Shown here: positions 1 to 13,600 of the stretch, piece by piece | Position numbering within the stretch: position 1 is the stretch's first letter | Layout of the letters: every line of letters begins with the position of its first letter | Assembly: GCA_950097015.1 (NCBI GenBank) | Contig: CATNEN010000024.1 | Coordinates: 6,572,001 to 6,636,000, forward strand | Direction: 5' to 3' | DNA length: 64,000 bases | Source: Macrostomum hystrix | Taxonomy: Eukaryota > Animalia > Platyhelminthes | Translations under genes and position numbers: made by a program | The notes under the pieces: model-generated | Told to the model about the DNA's origin: nothing | The model's database searches: none | The model's input: only the letters and a program-made list of their open reading frames with translations

Positions 1-790
1 GGGATCTGGGATCACCTGGGATCTGAAATCAGCTGGGGATCTGGGATCAGCTGGGGATCTGGGATCAGCTGGGGATCTGGGATCAGCTGGGGATCTGGGA
101 TCAGCTGGGGATCTGGAATCAGCTGGGGATCTGGAATCATCTGGGGATCTGGGATCAGCTGGGGATCTGGGATCAGCTGGGGATACGAGATCAGCTGGGG
201 ATCTGAGATCAGCTGGAGATCTGGAATCAGCTGGGGATCTGGGATCAGCTGGGGATCTGGGATCAGCTGGGGATCTGTGATCAGGTGGGGATCTGGGATC
301 AGCTGGGGATCTGGGATCACCTGGGATCTGAAATCAGCTGGGGATCTGGGATCAGCTGGGGATCTGGGATAAGGTGGGATCTGGAATCAGCTGGGGATCT
401 GAGATCAGGTGGGGATCTGGGATCAGCTGGGGATCTGGGATCACCTGGGGATCTGGGATCAGCTGGGGATACGAGATCAGCTGGGGATCTGGAATCAGGT
501 GGGGATCAGGGATCAGCTGGGATCTGAGATCAGCTGGGGATCTGGAATCAGCTGGGGATCTGGAATCAGCTGGGGATCTGGGATCAGCTGGTGATCTGAG
601 ATCAGGTGGGGATCTGGAATCAGGTGGGGATCTGGGATCAGCTGGGATCTGAGATCAGCTGGGGATCTGGAATCAGGTGGGGATCTGGGATCAGCTGGGG
701 ATCTGGGATCAGCTGGGGATCTGTGATCAGCTGGGGATCTGTGATCAGGTGGGGATCTGGGATCAGCTGGGGATCTGGGATCAGGTGGGA
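1..790. repeat. Minisatellite, 19-20 bp unit GGGATCAGCTGGGGATCTG (variants with CAGGTG/CACCTG), in a TMEM104 intron; runs off the window
   Basis: Periodic sequence read directly; lies just past the minus-strand donor at ~843. Confidence 0.95.
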
Positions 791-843
791 TGCTCAAACC
801 TCGGGATCTGCGGAAGGCTGTAAACTAAATGTAAGTCTCTGAC

Positions 844-2007
844 CTGTACCGCCAGTTGCCGACCTGGTTGAAAATTGAGCGTGTACAAATCCTCCAAATC
901 CTTGAACGCGAATATGCCTGTGTAGGCCAGGCTGAGGTAGAAAACCAGGATTAGCGAGAAGTCGGCCAGCAGCACCAGACGGAGGCGCCGCTTCGGCGAC
1001 ATCGGCGTCAGTAGAGCCGGCAGCGAGTGATGGCACATGAAGGAATACACAGAGGCGCCAAACAGCTGTGGAATGTGCGCCCAGCTCACAGGCTTCGGAG
1101 TTCCATTGCCCTTGCCGTTGGCCAGTGTAATAGAGGCCAGGGCTAGCATCACACCGAAGGCTAGCCACCTGGACAGCGTAGTTGCCACCTGCAGGTATTT
1201 AGTCTTCTGCACATTGAAGAAGGCGAACGGACAGACCAGCAGGCTAAACGCGGCCACAAATATTCGATAGGCGTCGCCTCTGGTGAGGCCGGATTTCGGC
1301 GACCAGCAATAATCCGAGTCGGTTAGATTGTCTATGCTGGCATTCAGCCAGGGATTATAAGAACAGGCCACATCCCTGAGGGATTTCGGTACTGCCACGG
1401 CGTAGATTGCCAGATCGCCGTACAGATAGACGCAGATCACAGCGTAGAACGCCACGATCAGGTAAGAGTTGAAGTACATGTGAGCCATCTGGCCCAGTTC
1501 AAATCGGCGCGTAATTTCAAACGGCAGCAATTCGGACGCGCTGCAGCTAGCAGTATTATTATTACTACTATTAGTAGGAGCCGAGCGGCCGGGATAGCGC
1601 AGCTCGTCGGTTTCGTTGCCAAAACTGGCGGCGGGACTGCGAATCAGAGGCGAGTTCTCACTATCCGTGACGTCATTGTTACTTAGGGCGGCGTCAGCTG
1701 ATTGGCGACGCGCCGACTGTATCAAGCGCTGTTCCTCTTCGCGCTTCACTAAAGCATTAGTTGTAGACATGACTTCCACTACGTAGCTAACTGTGATGTA
1801 GCTGAGGAAGGCCAGGCAGAAGATTGTCACACCGCCAGCAAGCCATCCAGCACTTGCGAACACCCTTGGCAATGTCAGAGCGCCGGTGCCAACTATCAGA
1901 TTGAATATGAACACCATTCCAGTCAGGGGACTGTAGACTGGCTCTGCTGAACTGACAGCCATGCCTACCACTGCAAGGGAGAGCATATAGGAAAGTGTCT
2001 GATTCAT
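844..2007 (-). CDS. TMEM104: TMEM104-like amino-acid transporter family membrane protein, first coding exon; gene continues left of the window
   Basis: ORF 781..2007 has YSPLTGMVFIFNLIVGTGALTLPRVFASAGW, RFELGQMA, YLYGDLAIYA, FGASVYSFMCHHSLPALLTP and DLYTLNF, motifs I recognise from TMEM104. Acceptor TTTACAG near 2030. Probable donor CAG|GTCAGA at 844/843 (alternative ~20 nt earlier). Start may be 2007 or 1962. Confidence 0.88.
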
Positions 2008-2316
2008 TACTGTCTGTCTGTCTGAGTCACCTGTAAACTGAGGTGCTGTTTAAACAAAATCTAGAAAAATTTGTCTAGATATAGCATTCTAGGTCTAGAT
2101 ACCCTATAGGATCACCATGTCCATGTAATTAGGCATAACCTTAATAGAAAATAGTTCATTTAATAACAAGAAATTTTTCAGAAATTTATATCATTAAACA
2201 ACTTTTTGTATCAATTTCAGATACCTAAGCTACTTGTATTGTGACATTTACCTACCATTTAAATAAACAAATACTTAAATGTCATTTATATAGCTTTATA
2301 CAGATAACAATTTTGA

Positions 2317-2734
2317 GCAAACTCCTAGTTTGCTGCATTAAATTAATTTACAATAGGCTACAGAATCATGTGTCAATAAATCACTGCCTTCGTGGACCCC
2401 AATGATCCCATCCTGCACACTAATACTATTGAGGGATCGTGGGCACAAGTGAAGGACAAGTTCTGGAGAATGTGTGGCACAAGTGACACACTATTTGAGA
2501 CTTACCAGAACAAGTATCTCTGGTGCCGCCTCTTCCTGGAGAAGACATTTGGCAACTTCCTCTACTGGGTTGCCCATTATGATTACTATTGATTGTTGAC
2601 TACATCCTTTTAAAACTTTCAAATTCCATGCATAATTTTAAGTCATTTTAACTTCCATGCGTGCCATTTAAACTTTGAAAAGGTTTTAAGTGTAGACCTA
2701 AAAATAATTTAGCACAGCAAACTAGGAGTTTTCC
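2317..2734 (+). mobile_element. Merlin (IS1016/ISXO2-like) DNA transposon, non-autonomous deletion derivative
   Basis: Terminal inverted repeats AAACTCCTAGTTTGCTG (2319-2335 and 2715-2731). 9-bp direct repeat CAATTTTGA at 2308-2316 and 2735-2743. Internal ORF remnant FVDP..HTNTIEGSWAQVK..Y..KYLW resembles the ISXO2-like transposase C-terminus. Confidence 0.8.
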
Positions 2735-4523
2735 CAATTTTGATATAAAAATAACATTATATCACATTATCATATTTCTAAGTTAATATAGAACCATTAT
2801 TATATAAACGAAGACAAGACAAAACTTATTGAGCTCATTTTTCTAATAAATCGACTTCATATAGACTGATATCAATAGACAATAGAGCAAACAAACAATT
2901 TAAGACTAAGCTGACTAGCTAATTGACATCGAAATCAATATATTAAAAACTTTCAAATCCATATTTAGGAGTAGGAATATATACACTATGTTTAAGAGTA
3001 GGACTTAGATTGTATAATCTCCTTAATATTTTGTCATACTACTAGGCCTAGTGCCTCATGGGCTTGATGCTGATACCTAGCAATTAACACAGTCTCTGAG
3101 TCAAAACACTATCCCGAATTAAATGTTTATTGCGTTTCATATGTTAAATTCATAAACAACTCATGGAGACTCTTAGTGACGATTGCCATTTTCTTATCTC
3201 ATCTTAGAACAAAATACACTTATTATTTTTTATCTTACTGCATTTGATTCACATAAGTATTTGCCGGAGCTACGGCAATTATCAATGTTTCTTGGAATTG
3301 ATCTGTTTTTGAGCTCAGTCGATTGTGTCGTATGATTGCGTTAGATTGTTGCGGTTTTATGGACCTGTGTTTTTTTGCAGTGATGATATTAGGGCTTGAT
3401 TATTTCTTTGACCATAAATAAAAAACAGATCAGCCAGCGACATGGAAGGAAATGGAGTATAATATTTTAGTTACTGCGTACTCAATCTGATTTGCATATT
3501 CAGATAAAATATTCAATCAAAAGTCAATAAAAATCAATCAATAAATTCAATAAAAAGTTCAGACAAACATTTCAAAGCTGCGTGTATGGCGTACATCACA
3601 TAAGTAAGCTTCGGCATAATAGCATAATAGCAGAAAACTTTTAAGGGAACTGTAAGCATTTCCCACTTCACTTACTTCGCACCGTACTACGGTATACATA
3701 TTCAATCCTTTGTTAGTCTATCCAGCTTCCCTGATTTTTTTATTTTAAGTTAGTGGTGACTTTGCGAAGTTTTATTGCATATTATCTTTACCAGTTGAAA
3801 CTTTAAGATGGATCCTCCAAATTCATAGAGATATTAAAAAGCAATGTTTTTTCCGAAGGACAGAGTCTGGTTACTCCAGTTATCACACCATGCAGTTATT
3901 CATCCTTTTGATTGATGAATAGTAAATTTAAATTTTTCGACGTTCTTATCCACCCTAGCTGCTATCGTGCTGTTATTCTGGATTTTATTTGGCCAAACTA
4001 TGTAATTGCTATTCTTAGTTTTTTCCATCTAATACAGCAGAGGGAATTGATACTGGCATGTAAAAACGTCAAGCAAATTTTTCTATCTGTAAGCCTAATA
4101 ATAGAAACAACTATAATAATGAGCATGTGCTATTCCTGCTGGCACTGCAAGCACATTTCCGCAGAAAAGTTTGCCAAAGAGGGCGAGAATGTTTGAGATC
4201 AAGAACTCGTTGGCTAAAAATTCGTTAAAGAAGAGAAAAATAGAAATTTAATATAGAGATTCTGGCAATAATAACTATAGCCCTAGCATAATTGTAGTCC
4301 TGCAAAATAAGCGTCTTCACTAAGCAAATGTGCATTTGCACATCCATTGTGCTTAGCATGTGTACACCCGAGACAAAACTTGGCAAAGAATTCGCACAGA
4401 ATTTGGTTTGAACTGTTCTGAATGGCTGCACACAGCGGGTCTGTATGGCGCGCAGAGCTTTCGTCAAGAGAAAAATATAGTTAAGACTGAAGCTCATCAG
4501 ATGCCCACTTTCTGTCCGTTGCA

Positions 4524-4547
4524 GCCGCCATTTTTATCTATATAAAG
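4524..4547. promoter_or_regulatory. Candidate core promoter between divergent TMEM104 and prominin genes (YY1-type motif plus TATA-like box)
   Basis: GCCGCCATTTT at 4524-4534 and TATATAAAG at 4539-4547, ~125 bp upstream of the prominin ATG; motif match only. Confidence 0.4.
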
Positions 4548-4671
4548 CTGCATAGACAACCCGCCACGCCTCATCAGCATTAAACAGCAGCTTGCGTTTT
4601 GAATCATATACGCACACACGCAAAGCACATAGACTAATCTTCTATCTCAGAGTACAAGTGGAGACAGCACG

Positions 4672-7600
4672 ATGGTGCCGCTGCCGCTGCTGCTGCTGCT
4701 GCTGTCAGCTGCCTGCCTGTCAGCTGGAGTTTCAGGCGCGCCAAGCTTGTCGGACTCCGTGCAGCCGTTCTACGATGCCACAGAGAAGTTTCTGGACTTT
4801 ATTCAGCCAAACCAGAAGCCGGTGCTGCTCACCGATGTTCTAACTGTCGTACTCAGTGAGTGCCAACAAAAAACAACTGTGGGGTTAGCTCAAAGAGGTC
4901 GGGCCACACCGAATTGGCTATTGTTGACTAAATTGTATTGACTACATTTTTTAATATTATATTATAACATGGATTCGGCATGTTGGTTTATATACAGAAC
5001 AATGTTAGTTGTCCTTGTCACCAGGGTCTTCGACAAGAATCGTTGAATATCTTGACGATTCTGATGTCGGACAACTTTGAAAGTCAGTTCATCGTAAAGG
5101 GCGGAAAATTTAGATTCAAATGATGGACTTTTACGAAAATCGGTCATTAGTTTTTGGAGCTACTTTCGTGAAGTCGGCAGTGGGTATTTGAAATACTACC
5201 ATGCTCTACTGTTAAAACACTTGAAAGTATCAGTTTGTATTTGCATTTTCAGATGACAGTTCAAAGGCAAACAGCAGCCGCGTGTTCAGCGACTGGAAAG
5301 CTGTGAGTATAGCCTTGTGCTCAACTGAACTGCTCTGCGGGGTAAACGGACAGGAAGTGAGAAAGTTTTTGGAAAGTGGAACACCAGACAGTTGTTAACC
5401 GACCAGCCGGATGTGAATTTTGGGGTAAAAGAGCCGCATTTAATAGCATGCCATGGTCCCAAAAAACCGACCCCATCCCTGTAGTGATCTGCAATATCGA
5501 TTTGTATTTTAAAGGACCCGACCAATTTTCTGCACGGTTCCAAGAACTATGAAATTGATCTGCCTCCGCTTCGAAAACAATATAAAACAACCTATAATTG
5601 ATGTCTCACCAAAAAAATCACTTCAAATCTCTGTCTCTACATCTATCACCTGTCTCATCATCCATCACCTGTCTCATCATCCATCACCTGTCTCATCATC
5701 CATCACCTGTCTCATCATCCATCACCTGTCTCATCATCCATCTCCTGTCTCATCATCCATCACCTGTCTCTTCATCCATCACCTGTCTCATCATCCATCA
5801 CCTGTCTCATCATCCATCACCTGTCTCATCATCCATCACCTATCTCTACATCCATCACCTGTCTTATCATCCATCACCTGTCTCTTCATCCATCACCTGT
5901 CTCTACATCGTTCTCCTGTCTCATCATCCATCACCTGTCTCAGCATCCATCACCTGTCTCATCATCCATCACCTGTCTCTTCATCCATCACCTGTCTCAT
6001 CATCCATCTCCTGTCTCATCATCCATCACCTGTCTCAGCATCCATCTCCTGTCTCATCATCCATCACCTGTCTCATCATCCATCTCCTGTCTCATCATCC
6101 ATCACCTGTCTCAGCATCCATCTCCTGTCTCATCATCCATCACTTGTCTCTACATCCATCACCTGTCTCTACACCCATCACCTGTCTCTACATCCATCAC
6201 CTATCTCTACATCCATCACCTGTCTCATCATCCATCACCTGTCTCATCATCCATCTCCTGTCTCATCACCCATCACCTGTCTCATCATCCATCACCTGTC
6301 TCAGCATCCATCACCTGTCTCATCATCCATCTCCTGTCTCAGCATCCATCACCTGTCTCATCATCCATCACCTGTCTCATCATCCATCTCCTGTCTCATC
6401 ATCCATCACCTGTCTCATCATCCATCTCCTGTCTCATCATCCATCACCTGTCTCATCATCCATCTCCTGTCTCTACATCCATCACCTGTCTCATCATCCA
6501 TCTCCTGTCTCTGCATCCATCTCCTGTCTCATCATCCATCTCCTGTCTCATCATCCATCACCTGTCTCTACTTCCATCACCTGTCTCATCATCCATCTCC
6601 TGTCTCATCATCCATCACCTGTCTTATCATCCATCTCCTGTCTCATCATCCATCACCTGTCTCATCATCCATCACCTGTCTCATCATCCATCTCCTGTCT
6701 CAGCATCCATCACCTGTCTCATCATCCATCTCCTGTCTCTACTTCCATCACCTGTCTCATCATCCATCTCCTGTCTCATCATCCATCACCTGTCTTATCA
6801 TCCATCTCCTGTCTCATCATCCATCACCTGTCTCATCATCCATCACCTGTCTCATCATCCATCTCCTGTCTCAGCATCCATCACCTGTCTCATCATCCAT
6901 CTCCTGTCTCTACATCCATCACCTGTCTCATCAACCATCACCTGTCTCATCATCCATCACCTGTCTCATCATCCATCACCTGTCTCATCATCCATCACCT
7001 GTCTCATCATCCATCACCTGTCTCAGCATCCATCACCTGTCTCAGCATCCATCACCTGTCTCTATATTCATCTAATGTCTCATCATCCATCACCTGTCTC
7101 ATCATCCATCTCCTGTCTCTACATCCATCACCTGTCTCATCATCCATCTCCTGTCTCAGCATCCATCTCCTGTCTCATCATCCATCTCCTGTCTCATCAT
7201 CCATCTCCTGTCTCTACTTCCATCACCTGTCTCATCATCCATCTCCTGTCTCATCATCCATCACCTGTCTTATCATCCATCTCCTGTCTCATCATCCATC
7301 ACCTGTCTCATCATCCATCTCCTGTCTCATCATCCATCTCCTGTCTCATCATCCATCACCTGTCTCATCATCCATCACCTGTCTCAGCATCCATCACCTG
7401 TCTCAGCATCCATCACCTGTCTCTATATTCATCTAATGTCTCATCATCCATCACCTGTCTCATCATCCATCTCCTGTCTCTACATCCATCACCTGTCTCA
7501 TCATCCATCTCCTGTCTCAGCATCCATCACCTGTCTCATCATCCATCTCCTGTCTCTACTTCCATCACCTGTCTCATCATCCATCACCTGTCTCATCATC

Positions 7601-10600
7601 CATCACCTGTCTCTGCATCCATCTCCTGTCTCATCATCCATCACCTGTCTCAGCATCCATCACCTGTCTCATCATCCATCTCCTGTCTCTGCATCCATCT
7701 CCTGTCTCTATATTCATCTAATGTCTCATCATCCATCACCTGTCTCATCATCCATCTCCTGTCTCTATATTCATCTAATGTCTCATCATCCATCACCTGT
7801 CTCATCATCCAACACCTGTCTCATCATCCATCACCTGTCTCAGCATCCATCACCTGTCTCAGCATCCATCACCTGTCTCATCATCCATCACCTGTCTATT
7901 TGCAGCAGCCATCACACAGCTCACTGCCCTCAATGCCCTTTCTGAAATTGCGCAGGTGGTAAGCCGGTACTGGCAGAACATGATGGGCTACTTTATCCTC
8001 ACCTGCATCGGTGTCGCAATCTTCTTCCTGGTGCCGCTGTCCGGCCTAATCACCTGCTGCTGCCGCTGCTGCTGCCACAGGTGCGGCGGCCGAGGTCGCC
8101 TGATGGAGAAGCGAGGATCCGACTGGCGCAGAGTGTTCTACGGAGTACTGCTCCTTGTGCTCATCACGGCCATGGTGTAAGTACCCAGTTACTCCCTTTC
8201 CATCACTGGCCCCAACTGGCAGATGCCGGCAAGACTGACAGATGCCGGCAAGACTGGCAGATGCTCAGTCTTGTCAGACTGAGGTTTAGGTTGAAGGACC
8301 TTCGTTCAATTGGTCATGCTAAGATTTCAGTTGGTCAGACCGAGATTTCAATTGGTCAGACTGAGATTTCAACTGGTCAGACTGAGATTTCAGTTGGTCA
8401 GACTGAGATTTCAATTGGTCAGACTGAGATTTCAATTGGTCAGACTGAGATTTCAGTTGGTCAGACCGAGATTTCAATTGGTCAGACTGAGATTTCAACT
8501 GGTCAGACTGAGATTTCAGTTGGTCAGACTGAGATTTCAGTTGGTCAGACTGAGATTTCAATTGGTCAGACTGAGATTTCAGTTGGTCAGACTGAGATTT
8601 CAATTGGTCAGACTGAGATTTTAATTGGTCAGACTGAGATTTCAGTTGGTCAGACCGAGATTTCAATTGGTCAGACTGAGATTTCAACTGGTCAGACTGA
8701 GATTTCAGTTGGTCAGACTGAGATTTCAATTGGTCAGACTGAGATTTCAGTTGGTCAGACTGAGATTTCAGTTGGTCAGACCGAGATTTCAATTGGTCAG
8801 ACTGAGATTTCAATTGGTCAGACTGAGATTTCAACTTGTCAGTCTGAGATTTCAGTTGGTCAGACTGAGATTTCAGTTGGTCAGACTGAGAATTCAGTTG
8901 GTCAGACTGAGATTTCAATTGGTCTGACTGAGATTTCAATTGGTCAGACTGAGATTTCAACTTGTCAGACAGAGATTTCAACTGGTCAGACTGAGATTTC
9001 AATTGGTCAGACTGAGATTTCAACTTGTCAGACTGAGATTTCAATTGGTCAGACTGAGATTTCAGTTGGTCAGACTGAGATTTCAATTGGTCTGACTGAG
9101 ATTTCAACTGGTCAGACTGAGATTTCAACTTGTCAGACAGAGATTTCAGTTGGTCAGACTGAGATTTCAGTTGGTCAGACTGAGATTTCAGTTGGTCAGA
9201 CTGAGATTTCAATTGGTCTGACTGAGATTTCAACTGGTCAGACTGAGATTTCAGTTGGTCAGACTGAGATTTCAGTTGGTCAGACTGAGATTTCAGTTGG
9301 TCAGACTGAGATTTCAGTTGGTCAGTCTGAGATTTCAACTTGTCAGACTGAGATTTCAGTTGGTCAGACTGAGATTTCAATTGGTCTGACTGAGATTTCA
9401 ATTGGTCAGACTGAGATTTCAATTGGTCTGACTGAGATTTCAACTTGTCAGACTGAGATTTCAATTGGTCTGACTGAGATTTCAATTGGTCAGACTGAGA
9501 TTTCAATTGGTCAGACTGAGATTTCAGTTGGTCAGACTGAGATTTCAACTGGTCAGACTGAGATTTCAGTTGGTCAGACTGAGATTTCAATTGGTCTGAC
9601 TGAGATTTCAACTGGTCAGACTGAGATTTCAACTTTTCAGTCTGAGATTTCAGTTGGTCAGACTGAGATTTCAACTTGTCAGACTGAGATTTCAATTGGT
9701 CTGACTGAGATTTCAACTTGTCAGACCGAGATTTCAATTCGTCAGACTGAGATTTCAATTGGTCAGACTGAGATTTCAATTGGTCAGACTGAGATTTCAG
9801 TTGGTCTGACTGAGATTTCAGTTGGTCAGACTGAGATTTCAGTTGGTCTGACTGAGATTTCAGTTGGTCAGACTGAGATTTCAATTGGTCAGACTGAGAT
9901 TTCAGTTGGTCAGACTGAGATTTCAATTGGTCAGACTGAGATTTCAATTGGTCAGACTGAGATTTCAGTTGGTCAGACTGAGATTTCAGTTGGTCAGACT
10001 GAGATTTCAATTGGTCAGACTGAGATTTCAATTGGTCAGACTGAGATTTCAATTGGTCTGACTGAGATTTCAATTGGTCTGACTGAGATTTCAATTGGTC
10101 AGACTGAGATTTCAACTTGTCAGACAGAGATTTCAACTGGTCAGACTGAGATTTCAATTGGTCAGACTGAGATTTCAACTTGTCAGACTGAGATTTCAAT
10201 TGGTCAGACTGAGATTTCAGTTGGTCAGACTGAGATTTCAATTGGTCTGACTGAGATTTCAACTGGTCAGACTGAGATTTCAACTTGTCAGACAGAGATT
10301 TCAGTTGGTCAGACTGAGATTTCAGTTGGTCAGACTGAGATTTCAGTTGGTCAGACTGAGATTTCAATTGGTCTGACTGAGATTTCAACTGGTCAGACTG
10401 AGATTTCAGTTGGTCAGACTGAGATTTCAGTTGGTCAGACTGAGATTTCAGTTGGTCAGACTGAGATTTCAGTTGGTCAGTCTGAGATTTCAACTTGTCA
10501 GACTGAGATTTCAGTTGGTCAGACTGAGATTTCAATTGGTCTGACTGAGATTTCAATTGGTCAGACTGAGATTTCAATTGGTCTGACTGAGATTTCAACT

Positions 10601-13600
10601 TGTCAGACTGAGATTTCAATTGGTCTGACTGAGATTTCAATTGGTCAGACTGAGATTTCAATTGGTCAGACTGAGATTTCAGTTGGTCAGACTGAGATTT
10701 CAACTGGTCAGACTGAGATTTCAGTTGGTCAGACTGAGATTTCAATTGGTCTGACTGAGATTTCAACTGGTCAGACTGAGATTTCAACTTTTCAGTCTGA
10801 GATTTCAGTTGGTCAGACTGAGATTTCAACTTGTCAGACTGAGATTTCAATTGGTCTGACTGAGATTTCAACTTGTCAGACCGAGATTTCAATTCGTCAG
10901 ACTGAGATTTCAATTGGTCAGACTGAGATTTCAATTGGTCAGACTGAGATTTCAGTTGGTCTGACTGAGATTTCAGTTGGTCAGACTGAGATTTCAGTTG
11001 GTCTGACTGAGATTTCAGTTGGTCAGACTGAGATTTCAATTGGTCAGACTGAGATTTCAGTTGGTCAGACTGAGATTTCAATTGGTCAGACTGAGATTTC
11101 AATTGGTCAGACTGAGATTTCAGTTGGTCAGACTGAGATTTCAGTTGGTCAGACTGAGATTTCAATTGGTCAGACTGAGATTTCAATTGGTCAGACTGAG
11201 ATTTCAATTGGTCTGACTGAGATTTCAATTGGTCAGACTGAGATTTCAGTTGGTCAGACTGAGATTTCAACTGGTCAGACTGAGATTTCAATTGGTCTGA
11301 CTGAGATTTCAATTGGTCAGACTGAGATTTCAGTTGGTCAGACTGAGATTTCAGTTGGTCTGACTGAGATTTCAGTTGGTCAGACTGAGATTTCAATTGG
11401 TCTGACTGAGATTTCAACTGGTCAGACTGAGATTTCAACTTGTCAGACTGAGATTTCAATTGGTCTGACTGAGATTTCAACTGGTCAGACTGAGATTTCA
11501 ACTTGTCAGTCTGAGATTTCAGTTGGTCAGACTGAGATTTCAGTTGGTCAGACTATTTCTAGGGACATCAGCAGCTGGGTTCTTGTGCTGTTGTCGGTGA
11601 GTATTGTTGCAACTACAACTAAAAGCACAGTTGATCTAATCTGGCAACAGTTTCCGGTTGACAAGTAGAGCTTTGCAAGCAATGCTGTTGCCAAATTTGC
11701 AAAGCAAATCTCGCTATCTGCTAAAGAGTAAACTAAACAAAAACTTTATTGGCAGCTGTTGCTCTGTGGAGCCAAATTTCACAATCCGAAATGACACAAC
11801 AGAAGTGTTAAAATTTTAAATGCCAAAATGCAAAATGCTAAATCTACCATTGCGCGGCGCTTCTACAGGCTGCTGGAGGTTGCATGCTAGATGCTGGAGG
11901 TTGCATGCTAGATGCTGGAGGTTGCATGCTAGATGCTGGAGGTTGCATGCTAGATGCTGGAGGTTGCATGCTAGATGCTGGAGGTTGCATGCTAGATGCT
12001 GGAGGTTGCATGCTAGATGCTGGAGGTTGCATGCAGATGCTGGAGGTTGCATGCTAGATGCTGGAGGTTGCATGCTAGATGCTGGAGGTTGCATGCTAGA
12101 CAATGGAGGTTGCATGCTAGACAATGGAGGTTGCATGCTAGACAATGGAGGTTGCATGCTAGACAATGGAGGTTGCATGCTAGACAATGGAGGTTGCATG
12201 CTAGACAATGGAGGTTGCATGCTAGATGCTGGAGGTTGCATGCTAGATGCTGGAGGTTGCATGCTAGATGCTGGAGGTTGCATGCTAGATGCTGGAGGTT
12301 GCATGCTAGATGCTGGAGGTTGCATGCTAGATGCTGGAGGTTGCATGCTAGATGCTGGAGGTTGCATGCTAGATGCTGGAGGTTGCATGATAGATGCTGG
12401 AGGTTGCATGCTAGATGCTGGAGGTTGCATGCTAGACAATGGAGGTTGCATGCAGATGCCTTGAACTGAGTTGAGCTGTCAGGCACCAGAAAGTTATTGA
12501 ATGCTTGAAGTCACGTGACACGAATGCTTTTATTTCAGGCTTGGCGTTGTGCTGGCCTTCATCTCCAACCAGCTGGTCCGCGAGCAGATGGACCCGGACA
12601 GTGGCCGTCCGACCATGCTGGCCAATTTCAGCTCGGACATGTCCGACGTTGCGAAAATGCTGACGATGATCCCGCTGCGTGCCAAGAACAACAGCTTCTC
12701 GGCGGTTGTCTCACTGATTGCGGCCATCTATCCGGCGTTGAACATCTCGATGATGAATCTGCGGAACACGCTTGGCAGCAGCAGCAAGGCTGACACAGTC
12801 TTAGCCGATGCTGTGCAAGCTATTCGGCATCTGAGCCAGGCGCATAGCTACTCCGAGAGCTACCTGGCCAACTACGCAAATTACTCGGCCCAATTGGACA
12901 ACCTGAACCGGCTGCTGGCTGACCTCAGGACCAACTTGACCGGCATCAACTCCGACTGTCCATTCAATGCCATCCAGTCCGACTGCAACCTGATTGCCAA
13001 CCGGCTGTTGGGACTGCGAGTGTCCCAGAATGCGACAAGGACTGGACTGGCCAACATTACCCAGCTCAACAGCCTCATGAGATCTGTCAATGACACTGAT
13101 CTCATGCAGAAGCTCATGACTGCTCAGCAGGCTCACAACAATATCACCAATGTTGCCCTGGGTTATGTAGGTTGAGCTGCTTCGTGAATGAGACTGCTGG
13201 ATCTCTAGTCGGGGGGAGATGAGATTTCTAGGTTATGAAGACGGGATCTCTAGGTTATGGAGATGGGATCTCTAGGTAGGGGGATGGGATCTTTAGGTAA
13301 TGGATATGGGATCTCTAGGTAATAGAGATGGGATATCTAGGTAATAGAGATTGGATCTCTAGGTAATAGAGATTGGATCTCTAGTAAGGGGGATGGGATC
13401 TCTAGGTTGGGAGATGGGATCTCTATGTAATAGAGAAGGGATCTCTAGGTAATAGAGATAGTGTTACGTTTGAGGAACACGAAGGCACTTGGGTTTGTGA
13501 ATTTCAGAAGAGCGTTATTAGAGCAGCTCCAAGTTGGCATGAGCCTAAAGCTCACTGTTATATTTCTTTACCCTTAAGGGGCATTGAAGCTTCTAGCAAA

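Noticed and set aside
5549-11668. Very long ORFs (508, 612, 1195, 1060 aa) as repetitive structural proteins
   Set aside because: They are translations of intronic arrays, open in several frames. The 1195-aa ORF is out of frame with prominin, whose frame stops at 8178-8180
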